A DNA stretch of 63,504 nucleotides, filler included, from Fonticula-like sp. SCN 57-25 (GCA_001724245.1; 11 parts of 11 records of this genome joined end to end with filler, not necessarily neighbours in it); one strand, 5' to 3'; shown: positions 36,928 through 48,395, numbered from the whole stretch's first letter. A program made the numbers and translations. Notes: a model not told the origin generated them from the sequence alone.

Positions 36928-37948
36928 TTAAAAGAGCATCTCTGGCGTGCTGTCCTCGTAGCGCGTGCACTGGTCGGGGACGCACGTCGAATTGAAGTAG
37001 GAGCAGGTAGACCGGCGGAAGTCAAGGTAGTTGTCAGCCTCGACCGAGCACGTGCTGTAGCAGCGGCTGGTGACGGTTTCGCTGCCAGTGTAGAACAACA
37101 TATTCGGGCTGAAAAGATGCGTCAGAAAATGGCATAAAAAGAAGAAAAATGGCATGCAATAACACAAATTGACACGTGAATCGCCACAAAAACCATAAAA
37201 GTAACAATTAATTGACGATAAATAACAATGCTCTTGCCAGAAAGCGGCATGACCAATAGACATGTTCATTGTCCCCAATGATCCCTGCATCCATGATCCC
37301 CGACGCGCACCATTCGCTGTAGGGATCGACGGCCCAAAAGTAGACGTTGCCGACGATAATGAGGAGGATCAGGACGGCGCTCAGACCGCCGATCATTCCC
37401 TTGAACTTGGGATCAAGGTCGCCAGCGCGGTACCACTTCCACTATAGTCGGATGACATTAGCCATCGCACCGCAAAAGAGGGGCAAAACCGCATTAAAAG
37501 AGATATAAAACAACAAGAAAAAAGAAAAATTTAAACAAAGCAACAGTTAGATATGAAAACGCACCAAGATAAAGATGCAGGCCGCGAGGGCTGCGACGGT
37601 GGCACCGAGCACAATGTGCATCGGGTTCTTGCTGATGCCATTGACGATCGAAAAGACGAGCGTCAACTGATGGACGGACAGTGGGTAAGACACAAGTAAA
37701 AGGAGAAGCAAAGGGGGGCACGCACGAGGGCGCCGAGCATCAACAGGCCGCCGAGAAAGTACTGGACAAACTTCTCCTATAGGCCAGGGGTGAGCAAAAC
37801 ATCGGGGGGGAAAGGAAGGAGGAAAGCGGCGAAAAGCGCAGAGGTTACAGGCAAGTAGACAAGGAAAGAAAGAGGGAAATAGAGAGGGAATTGGGTAGGG
37901 AAAAAGTACCTTTCCGGTCTCCTCGCCAAAGAGCGGTGTCGAATCCAT
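36928..37948 (-). CDS. TMEM243: TMEM243 (DUF2678)-like membrane protein with a Cys-rich C-terminal extension; 5 exons
   Basis: MDSTPLFGEE, hydrophobic helices, KWYRAGDLDPKFK, GNVYF. Confidence 0.8.
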
Positions 37949-38180
37949 GATTTCAAACCGAGGGTAAAAAGACGGAAAAAGATCTTTCTTTCGGAATCCC
38001 TTTTGGCTTTCGCTCCTTTCGCAACTGCTCCTTTCTCGTTCGCTAGTGCGACCGCGACAAGGCGATTCGCGTCAACGTAAGAGAGAGGGGAGAAGACAGC
38101 GCCCGCTCAGGTAGAAGGAAAAGCGGTACTCGGCACCGCCCCTCCGCCGGCAGGGAAAAAAGAGGAAAACAAGCTCGCAG

Positions 38181-38240
38181 GTACGTCTCGGTCGGTTTTG
38201 GTACGTCTCGGTCGTTTTGGGTATGTTTGGTCGGTTTTGG
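38181..38240. repeat. Three degenerate 20-bp tandem units related to the core of the 62-bp repeat
   Basis: GTCGGTTTTGGTACGTCTC (38191-38209) versus GTCGGTTTCGGTACGTCTC in the 62-bp element. Confidence 0.7.
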
Positions 38241-38639
38241 AGAACGACCGTGGGGTGATTCTGGGGTGATTGGTTCGGGAGCGGGTGCCTTGCAAGTGCG
38301 AGCAAAGAGACTGCAAAAAGCATGCTTGAACATAAAACAAAGTTGTACGGTGTCCATGAGGTTATAATTCAACTGAAAATGACCTTGAATTGCCACGAAT
38401 CATTGATAATTGTGCTGATAAGTATCCTTTGGACACTCCCGCCAGGGATTAATACAGCTTCATGAATTCACATATGTTAAGTGGAGTTGCGGTGCCACAG
38501 TACGTAACAAATACAATAGTTTCTATGAAATTAATACCCCACTATGTGCCGTCTGTATGACTGTATTCATAATCTATTTCAACCATATATATTTCGCATG
38601 ATCCACTATATGATACACGATCACTTCTTCATCACGTTG

Positions 38640-38990
38640 CTACTTCCACTCATTCTTTGTCTTCTTTGCCCTGCTGGCCCTCCTCATCGCCGCGACACCG
38701 ACGATGAGCGACACGATCGTGACGATGAGCGGCGCCTTGAGGAACTCGTCCGTCAGCGCATCAAACGATCCGCTCGGCACGACCGACGTCCAAAACAGGT
38801 CCAGTCCAACCGCAATCACATGACTGGACGACTCGCGCGACATCGAAGGGAATGCGGCCACGTGGTTAATACGCGGGATTGTAATGTTGAGCGAGAGCGT
38901 GTGGTCGGCGGGGAGCGGCACGACGGGGTGGTACGGCGGCACGTGCTCCTCGGCGGGGGGGGCGGGGCGCGAGGCGGAGCGGCGCGGGTC
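38640..38990 (-). CDS. EMC1: ER membrane complex subunit 1, C-terminus
   Basis: DPRR...PYHP, ESSSHVIAVGLDLFWTSVVPSGSFDALTDEF, a TM helix, then a basic tail ending W-K. Confidence 0.88.
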   Translation of the reverse strand, partial: DPRRSASRPAPPAEEHVPPYHPVVPLPADHTLSLNITIPRINHVAAFPSMSRESSSHVIAVGLDLFWTSVVPSGSFDALTDEFLKAPLIVTIVSLIVGVAAMRRASRAKKTKNEWK

Positions 38991-39847
38991 NNNNNNNNNN
39001 NNNNNNNNNNNNNNNNNNNNNNNNNNNNNNNNNNTTAATTAATTAANNNNNNNNNNNNNNNNNNNNNNNNNNNNNNNNNNNNNNNNNNNNCTTTCCTTGT
39101 GAATCTCGGTTGAAGCGTACTCAATCGACAAGAGAGGAATGAAAAAAGAGTGCCGCCAGCACTGCCTTTATATATTGCATCTTACGCACATGTTTCGAAG
39201 CGATTCGAATGTTCGCGCACAATCGGTATCGCACATTCGGCGCCCCTGGAACCTTCTCGAACAAAACCTGCCGGCAGCACTGCTGCAGCACTGTGCACAA
39301 CCCGACCATGCCGGCGGATTGTGCACAGCTTGTTGTCGCCGAGGACGATCGAGTTGCACTCGTAAACTTCTTCATTAGGAAGGGGAGCCTAGAAATGGAA
39401 ACGCGGGGCAAGGGGAATGTGAGAAAACCAATGTATGGGCATACCAGTGAACATATCCATAATTATGATGAACGTACGGGTACCTTGAACAAAATCTCCG
39501 ACAGATTTGGTCGACCATCGTCCCGATATGGTCTTAATCTAATTAAATGGTTGCGCCCTCGCCGCTGATTGGACGGTAAAAATGACCAGGGAATGCGATG
39601 TCACTGTTTCAAGTTACCCGCGCAATGTTGCACCGAAGTCTGACCTTGGCGCCACGTTTTTGCCCCCTAGGGAGCCGTTCTTTAGACGTTCGCTCGCCTC
39701 CTTGTTCAGACCTGTTTCTCCGACCCCTTCCGAGCGGCTTCAGTGGCCGTTGCTGCGTTCGCCGCCGCCTTCACTTCGGTTCTTTTGTTTATCTCTTCCT
39801 TTCGACGCGCCTTTCGAGCGTGTTTGCGAGCAATCATCAGCATCTTT

Positions 39848-40078
39848 ATGAGAATGTCACAGGACGAGTTGGCGGGCGACCAGAGATCTTTCAGCCTGAT
39901 GCCGCCGAGCCCGCTTCGGTCGCCCCGTATTAGGGAGGAGGGCGAGGCGAGGGCCGTGTGGCCAAAGCTGGCCGCAATGGGGGACAGCGCGCCGCCGTCG
40001 CCGACGTTGTACAAGCCGTGCCTGTCGCCGTCGCGGTTCTCGATAAACTCCAAGCCGCTCTGTACGATCCCAGAGTAA
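39848..40078 (+). CDS. Putative ~75-aa disordered microprotein ending in LCTIPE
   Basis: GC-rich ORF with ATGs at 39848 and 39854, several SP sites, an AT-rich 3' UTR, and a CCAAT box at ~39567. Confidence 0.5.
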   Translation: MRMSQDELAGDQRSFSLMPPSPLRSPRIREEGEARAVWPKLAAMGDSAPPSPTLYKPCLSPSRFSINSKPLCTIPE

Positions 40079-40276
40079 GTTCTTTGAAGGCGTTTTTTGC
40101 TCGTTAGACTTTTATGATACTATTATGACCACTGTATTTTAATTGTGTTTCACCATTGTGTTACTTCGACCTATTGATATTTCCGCCCGCATCATGACGC
40201 GGTCGTTTTTGCATTGTACCTGTTTGACACCCCACTAGCTCAATAGAACTTAACTTATTATTACTCTTTTCCAATA

Positions 40277-40879
40277 CTAGTCGTCCACCTTGTACTTTGC
40301 AAAGAGGTTGGCGGGGTTTGTCATGGCCTTGAACTCGAGATTGTTGCCGCTCGGATCCTTGAAGAACATGGTCCACTGCTCCCCGGGCTGATGCTCGAAT
40401 CGCAGGTGCGGCTCAATAATGAACGACACGCCGGCTGCTTTCAGGCGGCTGGACAGCTCCTTGAAGGTCGACACTGAGAGAACAACGCCAAAGTGCGGGA
40501 CAGGGACCTCATCGCCATCTGCGCAATGTCAGCAATGCGGGGTATGCCATGCGATGATGCCATACCTACGGGGTTGAAAAAGTCCATTCCCTTGTACTCG
40601 GGTCCGACATAGTGGCACACAATTTGGTGTCCCTCTCTACCAGATCGGCGTTAGGCACGCTTTTGGGGCTGGATAGCGGCGGGCGCACAGGCTAAAGTCG
40701 ATCCATTTGTTGGAGCTGCGGCCCTCCTGGCACCCCAGAACGTTGCCGTAAAACTCGCGCGACGCCTGTAGGTTGTTGACAGGGAACGCGAGATGGAAAG
40801 GCGCCAGGGGCTTGGATGCCGCGCTGCTTCCCAGCGCGCGGCCCGCGCGCGCCAGCAGCCGCCCCTGTCTCGCGAGCAT
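40277..40879 (-). CDS. VOC/glyoxalase-family protein with a mitochondrial-type presequence; 2 introns
   Basis: PFHLAFPV...[61 protein letters not shown]. Confidence 0.88.
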
Positions 40880-40996
40880 TGCGAGTCAACAGTGGAAATA
40901 TGTTCAAATTTGTCAATTTGCAACAGCCAATCGGAGCGTCTGTTTGATTGCGCTTGCCGCGGCAGAGAGAGACCGGAAGGCGGAAAGCGCGCGACC

Positions 40997-43547
40997 ATGT
41001 CGTATAATGGGCCGCGCACACTGAGCGCTCTTCGGTACGCAGGGAAAGGGAGAATGTAAATTACAGAAGAGTCTCCGATCTCACGATATGACTTTGTTGC
41101 GTGTAGGCCGCTGTGGAAGTCGTTTTTCGATGGCGATCTAAAGTCGGTCAAGGCCAAGGGCATCCACGGTCAGATTGCCGACACGCCGCTCCGTAGCGTC
41201 TGCTGGAAGGCACGCCCGGCTCTTTTTTTCAATTATTCTTGCTTTTTATTAACATTTTGTGTCTCTGCAGCTCTTTTTGGGCGTCCTTTCCGACGAGACC
41301 ACGTCCAGCTGGACCTCGTCGCTCGACACGCTCCGCGACGAATTCGAGCTCCTCAAGAAGCGCTACGTTGATGATCTCCAGGCGCATCTCAAGGCCGAGC
41401 GCGATCTCGCTCTCAACAACCCTCTTTCGCAGGACGACACGAGCCCCTGGAAGCGTTTCTTTGAAGACAGCCAGCTCCAAAAGACGATCGCGCAGGATGT
41501 CGAGCGCACCTTCCCCGACAATGACTTTTTCCGCTCCGATCAAGTCCAGGGCGACATGACCGCCATCCTCTTCATCTACTGCCGCGAGAACGCCTCCGTC
41601 TCCTACCGCCAGGGCATGCACGAGCTTCTCGCCCTGATCCTCTGGGTCGTCTACTCTGATGCCCTCGAGTCCGCCGCCGACGCCGCCGACCCCACCGACA
41701 AGCTGATCGCGCACGTCCTCGACCCGCAGTTCACCCAGCACGACACGTACGCACTTTTCGTCAAGCTGCTCGACACGATGCGCCCGTGGTTCGACTCTGG
41801 CCCCAACCTCGACACGCCGCAGGGCGATCAGCAGCAGCAGTACGAGGAGCAGCTCCTCTTCAAGTCGTCGTCCAAGGCGCTCCAGCAGCAGGCGGCCGCC
41901 AAGGCCGCGCCGGTCATGCAAAAGTGCCACCGCGTGCAGCACGTGCTCCTTGCGCAGTACGACCCGCAGCTGTACGCGCACCTCAGCCAGCTCGGCATCG
42001 AGCCGCAGCTCTACGGAATGTACGCAAACAAAAAAAAAGTTTTTTTGGCGGGATTTAACGCGGAAAAATGATGTTTAGCCGCTGGTTCCGACTCCTTTTC
42101 GCGCGCGAGTTTCATATTCAGGACGTGCTGCGACTGTGGGACGCCATTTTTGCCGATGACAAGCAGCTCAACATCACCGACTATATGGCGCTCGCCATGC
42201 TTCTCTTCCTTCGCGAGCAGCGTACGGCCCTTTTTTTTGCTCTTTTGGTACTTTTGTGGCTGATTCACGTGATTAAAAGTGATTTTGGCCGACTATACGA
42301 TGTGTCTGCACCGCCTGATGCGCTTCCCGCCCGTTGAGGACGTCCTTGCCATCTTTGAGCGCGCCCTTCAGATCCGCGAGTTCCCCATGGTACGTTGAAT
42401 GTTGAATTTTGTATGTGTTCTTTGCCTTTTTGTGTCATTTTGTGTCATTTTCAATGATTTTTTGTGTCATTTTGAATGCCTTTTGTACCATTTTTGTGTC
42501 ATTTTCAATGCCTTCAGTGCCAAATTTCTGCCATTTTCCCCTTGACTTACTCATTTTCTTTTTCAGAACCGCAAGCCTGTGCCTATTAATGGCCCTATTG
42601 CACGTCCGCCGCCGGCCTTTGAGCAGGCCGCCGACTACCCCTCCTACTCTTCCGTCTCCTCCTCCTCTTCCCTTTCCTCCACCGCTCGCCCCAGCCAGCC
42701 CTCGCCCGCTGCCCCCAAAAAACCAAAGAACCCATTTTCCCGCCAGCAGCAGCACCCCTCTAAAGAAGACGGCCCCGTCGGCGCCGCCGCCGCGCACGTC
42801 CGCCTTCTCGAAGAAGAGCTCGAAACGATGCGCACGCGCAACACTCTTCTCAGCGAGCGCATGGACAAGGGCATTTCATTAATGTCGCGCCTGCTCGTCG
42901 ACGCGACCCCCGAAAGCCCGCCCGACCTTGAGCGAGTCCGCCTCGCCCTCGCCGCCATCAAGCAAGTGCGCGACATTCTGCGCGGCGAGCTCGCCTTTGA
43001 CGACATGGTGCTGCACGTCAACGAGAGCGCGTTTGTCGCTGCTGAAGATGACGGCACGAATACTGACGTGAATTCGCCGGCGCTGTCGGGCGTCGCGTCG
43101 GGTGAAAGTGACGCGTCGGGGATGGGAATGATGACGGAGCGCGCGCGCGCAGAGATGGAGCAGCTCGAGCGCGAGAACGAGGAGCAGGCGCGCGCGGACG
43201 CCGAGCGGAACCGTATCAGGCTGGAAGAGCAGGCGGCGCAGGAGGCAAAGGAGGCGGAAGAAGAGGAGAAAAGGCGCGAAGAAGAGGCGCGCGTCGCGGC
43301 AGAGCTCAAGGCGGAGAGGGAGAAAAGAGCGAACCAGCTCAAGGAAGAGTTGTTTGCGGACGAGCCGGGCCAGACGGCGTCGCTAAAGTTCCTTGCGAAT
43401 GTCGGGGAGAAGGTGAAGGCGCCGCAGGGGAATATCTTTGCGGATGATGATGAGGATGATGAGGATGGGATGGACTCGTTTTCGTCAATGTCGCTCGCGC
43501 AGAGGAACGCGACAACGTCGGCAAAGCTCGAGTCGCTCTTTTCATAG
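40997..43547 (+). CDS. TBC1D5: Rab-GAP, TBC1D5/Gyp6-like
   Basis: LRSVCWK|LFLG, NNPLSQ, IAQDVERTFP, YRQGMHELLA, LGIEPQLYG|RWFRLLFAREF, LWDAIFAD. GC-AG intron 41210-41270. Confidence 0.88.
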
Positions 43548-43872
43548 AGGAGGAAAGGTGGTTTTTTGTTTCTTATCCATATATACATTTGGCCTTCTTT
43601 GCTGATCAATAGAGCCTTTTTCATATGAAGTTAAAAGTAAATTGGGTTGATTGAGTGTCAAAATGCAGTCAAAATGTGGCATATTTGAAGGTCATATTTT
43701 GGTAAAAAACTCAATGTGGCTTATTTGAGGACATATTGTGGCTTATTTTGATAGTCAAATAGATAGATATCTTCGCGAAAGAGAAACTAAATTCAGCTAC
43801 TTTTATAGAGTCTTTTATGTATTGACATTATTTTGTTTTCTACAACTAGATAAGACGCGCTGCCTTTGCGCT

Positions 43873-44351
43873 CTATTTCTTCTTGGGCGCGCCCTCTGCC
43901 GCCACAAAGTGGACGAGCTGCTTCTTCTCGGCGACGAGCTCGCCTTCCTTGTACATGACGCGGTCAATGACGCCATCAAAGGGCGCCTTGATGACATGCT
44001 ACAAAGTAAAGTCAGTAAAGAGTAACATCAAAGTAAGGAAAGTGACATAAAAGTGAGGCAAAAGTAAGAAAAGTGACACAAAAGTATGAAAAGTGACATC
44101 CAAAATGACATCCAAAATGACATCAAAAGTGACATAATTTGACACAAAAGTAACAAAATGACACCAAATCAACACACTTTTCACCAAATAACACACATAA
44201 CCAACATATCACCCTTCCGTACCTCCATCTTCATGGCCTCCAGGACAACAAGCGGCTGATCCTTCACCACCTTATCACCCGCCTTGACCATCACCTGCGT
44301 GATCTTGCACGGCATCGGCGTCAGCACCGAGTTCAACCCCGCCGCCGACGT
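43873..44351 (-). CDS. Biotin-dependent carboxylase alpha subunit, C-terminal biotinyl domain (MCCC1-like)
   Basis: TPMPCKITQVMVKAGDKV...LEAMKME|HVIKAP. Intron ~44000-44222. Confidence 0.85.
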
Positions 44352-44451
44352 NNNNNNNNNNNNNNNNNNNNNNNNNNNNNNNNNNNNNNNNNNNNTTAAT
44401 TAATTAANNNNNNNNNNNNNNNNNNNNNNNNNNNNNNNNNNNNNNNNNNNN

Positions 44452-44573
44452 AGGTCGCCGCCAAGCGCAGCTATTGACGTGGGGACCCACCGCAGCCCCA
44501 TGTCACGCAGCGACAGCCGGTGTGAGCCGATGCGCCGCGCGACCTCAATGTCGGCCTCGGCATCGGTCTCCAT
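44452..44573 (-). CDS. N-terminus of a putative LRR protein; truncated
   Basis: IEVARRIGSHRLSLRDMGLRWVPTSIAAL fits an LRR cap plus first repeat. Confidence 0.45.
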
Positions 44574-44701
44574 CAGGTGCCTGTCAGCGTTTGGATTGGA
44601 TGACAATTATGGGCAATTGCAAGGTCTATGAGAGTCTATTGTTGCGGGCGCATTCAATGCGGCCCAGTAGAGAGCCAGTATGATGTACAAACCAAAACAT
44701 A

Positions 44702-46234
44702 CTATTCGGCGTTGTCGCCGAGGAGCGGCGAGTGCTCGCGGACGTCCATGCTGACGCCTGCGAGGAGGCTCTGCGACATGTCGCCTCCCTTTTGCCGGCG
44801 GCGCGCGATCTCCTCCAGAACGTCTGCGTGCCGCTCTGGTGTAATGGGGTAGAGGAACACAAACGGAATGGTGAGAAGCACCATGACAGCAGGCATGACG
44901 CCGGTGAGCAGCCGCAGTGTCCGGTCGATCTCCTCGGTGTACTCGGGGATGCCCTCGCTGTTGTCGTAGCCGCCGGCCTCGAGCACAAAGCCCGACACGG
45001 CGAGCGCGAGGCCAATGGACGTCTTGTAAAAGAGCACGATAAACGACGTCGAGACTCCCTCGCGGCGCTCGCCCGAGCGGTGCTCGTCAAAGTCGATGAC
45101 GTCGGGCAGCAGCATCCACGGCAGCAGGTTGACGCTCGAGAGCGACAGGCCCGTGAAGACGGCGATCACCATGAGGAATGGCACGTTCTCGGCGGGCGCC
45201 ACGGCTACGCAGACGTACGTCACAAGCAGCGACGCCTGGCCGATAAACAGCACCGTCTTCTTTCCCTTCCAGCGCACAATGAACCGCCACAAAAACACCC
45301 ACGCGACCGACGATACCAGCGCGACCACCATGAGCGGCGTAAACATGGACGGCAGCTGCGTGCAATAGTCCACGTACAGCTTGAGGTTGTTCTGCAAGAG
45401 ATAGACCGCCATCCAGTTGATCGTTGCAACGGAAGCCAACGACCAAAACTCGCGCTGGACAATGATGCCGCGGAAAGCGCGCATCGTCCACGCAAGCTCG
45501 GCCTTGAACGACCGCTCGCCGGCACCCGAATGTGGCAGATCGTGCGGCGCGTGCACGCCAAAAACGACGCTCGCAATCGCACCCGACACTAGAAGTGTAA
45601 CGACAATGTTGGCGTAAAAGTAGCGCATCGTCGGCTGGTCAACAAAAAGCGTGTCGACAAAGAGGCCGACGACCATGACGCCGATGAGCGTCGACAAAAA
45701 GTTGAGCGCCGAGCGGCCCTCGGTGAGCTGCGCGCGTTGCGCATCTACTAGCGTCACTTCGGTCGTCATTGAAGAGTACGGGACAAGGAAAAGCGTCACG
45801 CTCAGCGCCACGAGGCACAGCCAGACAAAGTAGTAGCCGACCTTGGCGCCGTACGCCGCGGTCGGCGGCAGCGTGTGCCAGAGAAGGGTGTTGGAAAGAA
45901 TGGCGAGAAGAAGCGCAAACACCATCCACGGCTTGCGGCGGCCATACCGGGAGCGCGTGCGGTCCGTCATGATGCCGATGAACGGGTCTACAACCGCATC
46001 AAAGATCTTTGCGCCGAGAAACATTTGCCCAAGCGTCCCGGGGCTGATGAGCACCGTCTCCAGCAGATACGGGCTAATAAAGAGGCCGGGCACATCCGAG
46101 AGAAGCGCGATCGGCGCGCCGCCGAGCGCAAAGCAGATGCGCGTCTTCCACGGAAGCGGAACCACGGCCTCTTTTACCGCATCATCCGCCGGCGGGGGCG
46201 GCACCTCCCCATCGTGCTCCGCCGGAAGGGCCAT
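44702..46234 (-). CDS. MFS_2/GPH-family transporter (MelB/MFSD2-like), intronless
   Basis: KIFDAVVDPFIGIMTDRTRSRYGRRKPW, LPWMLLPDVIDFDE..GERREG, about 12 TM segments. Confidence 0.92.
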   Translation of the reverse strand: MALPAEHDGEVPPPPADDAVKEAVVPLPWKTRICFALGGAPIALLSDVPGLFISPYLLETVLISPGTLGQMFLGAKIFDAVVDPFIGIMTDRTRSRYGRRKPWMVFALLLAILSNTLLWHTLPPTAAYGAKVGYYFVWLCLVALSVTLFLVPYSSMTTEVTLVDAQRAQLTEGRSALNFLSTLIGVMVVGLFVDTLFVDQPTMRYFYANIVVTLLVSGAIASVVFGVHAPHDLPHSGAGERSFKAELAWTMRAFRGIIVQREFWSLASVATINWMAVYLLQNNLKLYVDYCTQLPSMFTPLMVVALVSSVAWVFLWRFIVRWKGKKTVLFIGQASLLVTYVCVAVAPAENVPFLMVIAVFTGLSLSSVNLLPWMLLPDVIDFDEHRSGERREGVSTSFIVLFYKTSIGLALAVSGFVLEAGGYDNSEGIPEYTEEIDRTLRLLTGVMPAVMVLLTIPFVFLYPITPERHADVLEEIARRRQKGGDMSQSLLAGVSMDVREHSPLLGDNAE

Positions 46235-46630
46235 CGCGATGATCGATCGGCATGTGCCGATTGGTCAAAATGCGCGGGAAACTATGAATGGACACAATGG
46301 AATTCAATGAAGGTCCATACCATGCTGGACGCTGGACGGCGAAAAGAGTTGTTAAATAGTGCCTGTTGAACACAGAGCGTCATTACACTGCATATGTTGC
46401 GGCTCGCTACACTACACATTGCACCATTTGATACAGAAAACATACGTTGCCTCTCAATGTGACATCGTTGGAGAGACTGTGAAAGATTACGGCCGGCACC
46501 TTGTAAATAATTCGCATACACGGCTGTTATTCTCTGCATAGCCAGCTCTCGGCTCTCCTAATTTTATTGCACAATATGTGAAACACAAATGCGCCTGCAT
46601 TGACAAAAGACGACTATTCGTCTATGCACC

Positions 46631-46709
46631 GACGTCAAATCTGACGTCATCGTTTGGCGTCAACCGAGGCAAACAGGCGGCGCATGCAGGGCCGCCCTGC
46701 CTGACGTCA
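46631..46709. promoter_or_regulatory. Two perfect CRE palindromes (TGACGTCA) upstream of the bZIP gene
   Basis: TGACGTCA at 46642 and 46702; partial GACGTCA at 46631. Confidence 0.55.
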
Positions 46710-46989
46710 CCTTCGCGACGCGTCGTTCCACTCGCCTTTTCGCCTTCGTTCCGCCGGGACGCGCGCTCGTCTGTTCCCTGACCGCGCAGTAAAGGGGCCG
46801 CGCCCTGGTTTTTCGCTACTCCTTTCTCTGGTCGAGGCCCACCCGCTCGCTGGCTAGACCCTCGGGGTCGTGCCCTTTTCATCTCTGCTTGTTGTTTACT
46901 TCCGCCGGTCGCTCGCGCTCTCCACCCGCAGTCGCAGGGGAAGCGCGCCTTTCGGTCTTTGCTCTCTTTCCAGTCAGTTTTCTTTCAGG

Positions 46990-48217
46990 ATGATTACCGC
47001 CGACGCCGAGCTGCTCGGCGGATCGTCCTCGTCGGGCGCCGCGCCGCAGCCGTCTGATCTCTGTACGCTCGCATTCTGCTTCCTCTTCCTCTTCTCACCG
47101 CCGTCACCGCAGCAGTGTCCACTGGTATGAACACCAAGCCGCACATCTCGCCGCTCGAATCGTTCCTTCCGTCGTCCGAGAACCCGTACATGATGACGAC
47201 AAGCTCGATCCTGTCTGCGAGCGAGAGCGGGCATCTCGGCCCACTTCACACACCCAAGATCTCTTTGCCATCGCCCGCGCTTCCATCAGCCGCCGTCATT
47301 CCTGGCCCACCCGAGACGAATCCTTTTGAAATGAGCTTTGCCAACAGCGTGCCCGACGCCGATCCGCTCCTTCACCAGCAGACGCAACAGCAGACGCAGG
47401 ATGACGGCGGCCGAATTCAAAGACGCACGAGCTCAATGCACCTTCTCACCGCCGCCGCGGAACTCGAGTACGCAATGACTGGCATTTGGGCTTTTCAATA
47501 ACTCTGTTTCTTGCCAGGCAGCGACTCGATCCCCCGCCGCTTTCGCCGACCTCCTTTGCCTCCGCGGCGCCGTCGGCCTTTTCGAGCCTGGACGTCGCCG
47601 CCGCCTCGTTTCCGTCGGCGATGCCCGCCTCACCTGACGTCCCCTCTACGACAACAACCACAACAATAACGGACCTTGGTAGCGTCGCTGGCGGCCGTAC
47701 TGCCTCGCGGCGGCGCCCAGCAGCGCCCGTGGCAGCCAAGCCACCCGCACAGCGCCGCCGCGAGACGTCCATCGAGTCGTTTGCGAGCGACACGTCGGAC
47801 GACGAAAAACGAAACCGCTTTCTTGAGCGTAACCGCGTGGCTGCTCAAAAATGCCGCAAGAAGAAGAAGGAGCGGCTCGACGAGCTGCGTCAGATCACCG
47901 CCGAGTACGAGCGCGCCAACGAGCAGCTCCTCGGCGACATCAACTACTACAAGGAGGAGAACTTTTTCGTACGCACGCTGCTGCTCGAGAACAAGGGGTG
48001 TCCCGTGATGCAGCAGGCGGGGCTCGCACAGCTGTTTGAGAGCGCTACGAGGCCGTCAATGCCCATCGCGGCCCAGGGCGCTTCGGCGGGCATGCAGCAG
48101 AGGTACGCCAATATCGATAACGTCAGCGAGGCTAACGAATTCAATAGGCCGTTTCCGCCGCTTACTTCACAGGCACTGCGCGCCGCTCTCGCCGGCCCGT
48201 CCATGTTTGCGGGCTGA
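46990..48217 (+). CDS. ATF/CREB bZIP transcription factor (Atf1/ATF2-like); 2 introns
   Basis: EKRNRFLERNRVAAQKCRKKKKE followed by a zipper ending C-P. ETNPFEMSFA motif typical of Atf1/ATF2. Confidence 0.88.
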
Positions 48218-48395
48218 GTATTTTGTTACTTTGCATAGTTATATTTCGCATTTCCCTTGTACAACCATCGGCACAATGTATCAGTCACATCATCAAATAG
48301 TTTGTTTCACTGTCACGACTCATAAATTTACTATTTTCACATGCATAGTGTCAGTTATATTTACGCATTTTGTACAATCACATCTCATTTTTTAT

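Noticed and set aside
36061-36931. Thr/Met-rich, Val/Ile-rich and SSRR ORFs
   Set aside because: They are shadow frames of the RD-repeat exon of the SR gene.
38422-38430. GTATCCTTT, a U12-type donor-like sequence
   Set aside because: It is intergenic, with no flanking exon and no TCCTTAAC branch site.
39091-39520. Possible spliced gene start on the minus strand
   Set aside because: Intron-like signals are present, but the frame is ambiguous and no homology was recognised.
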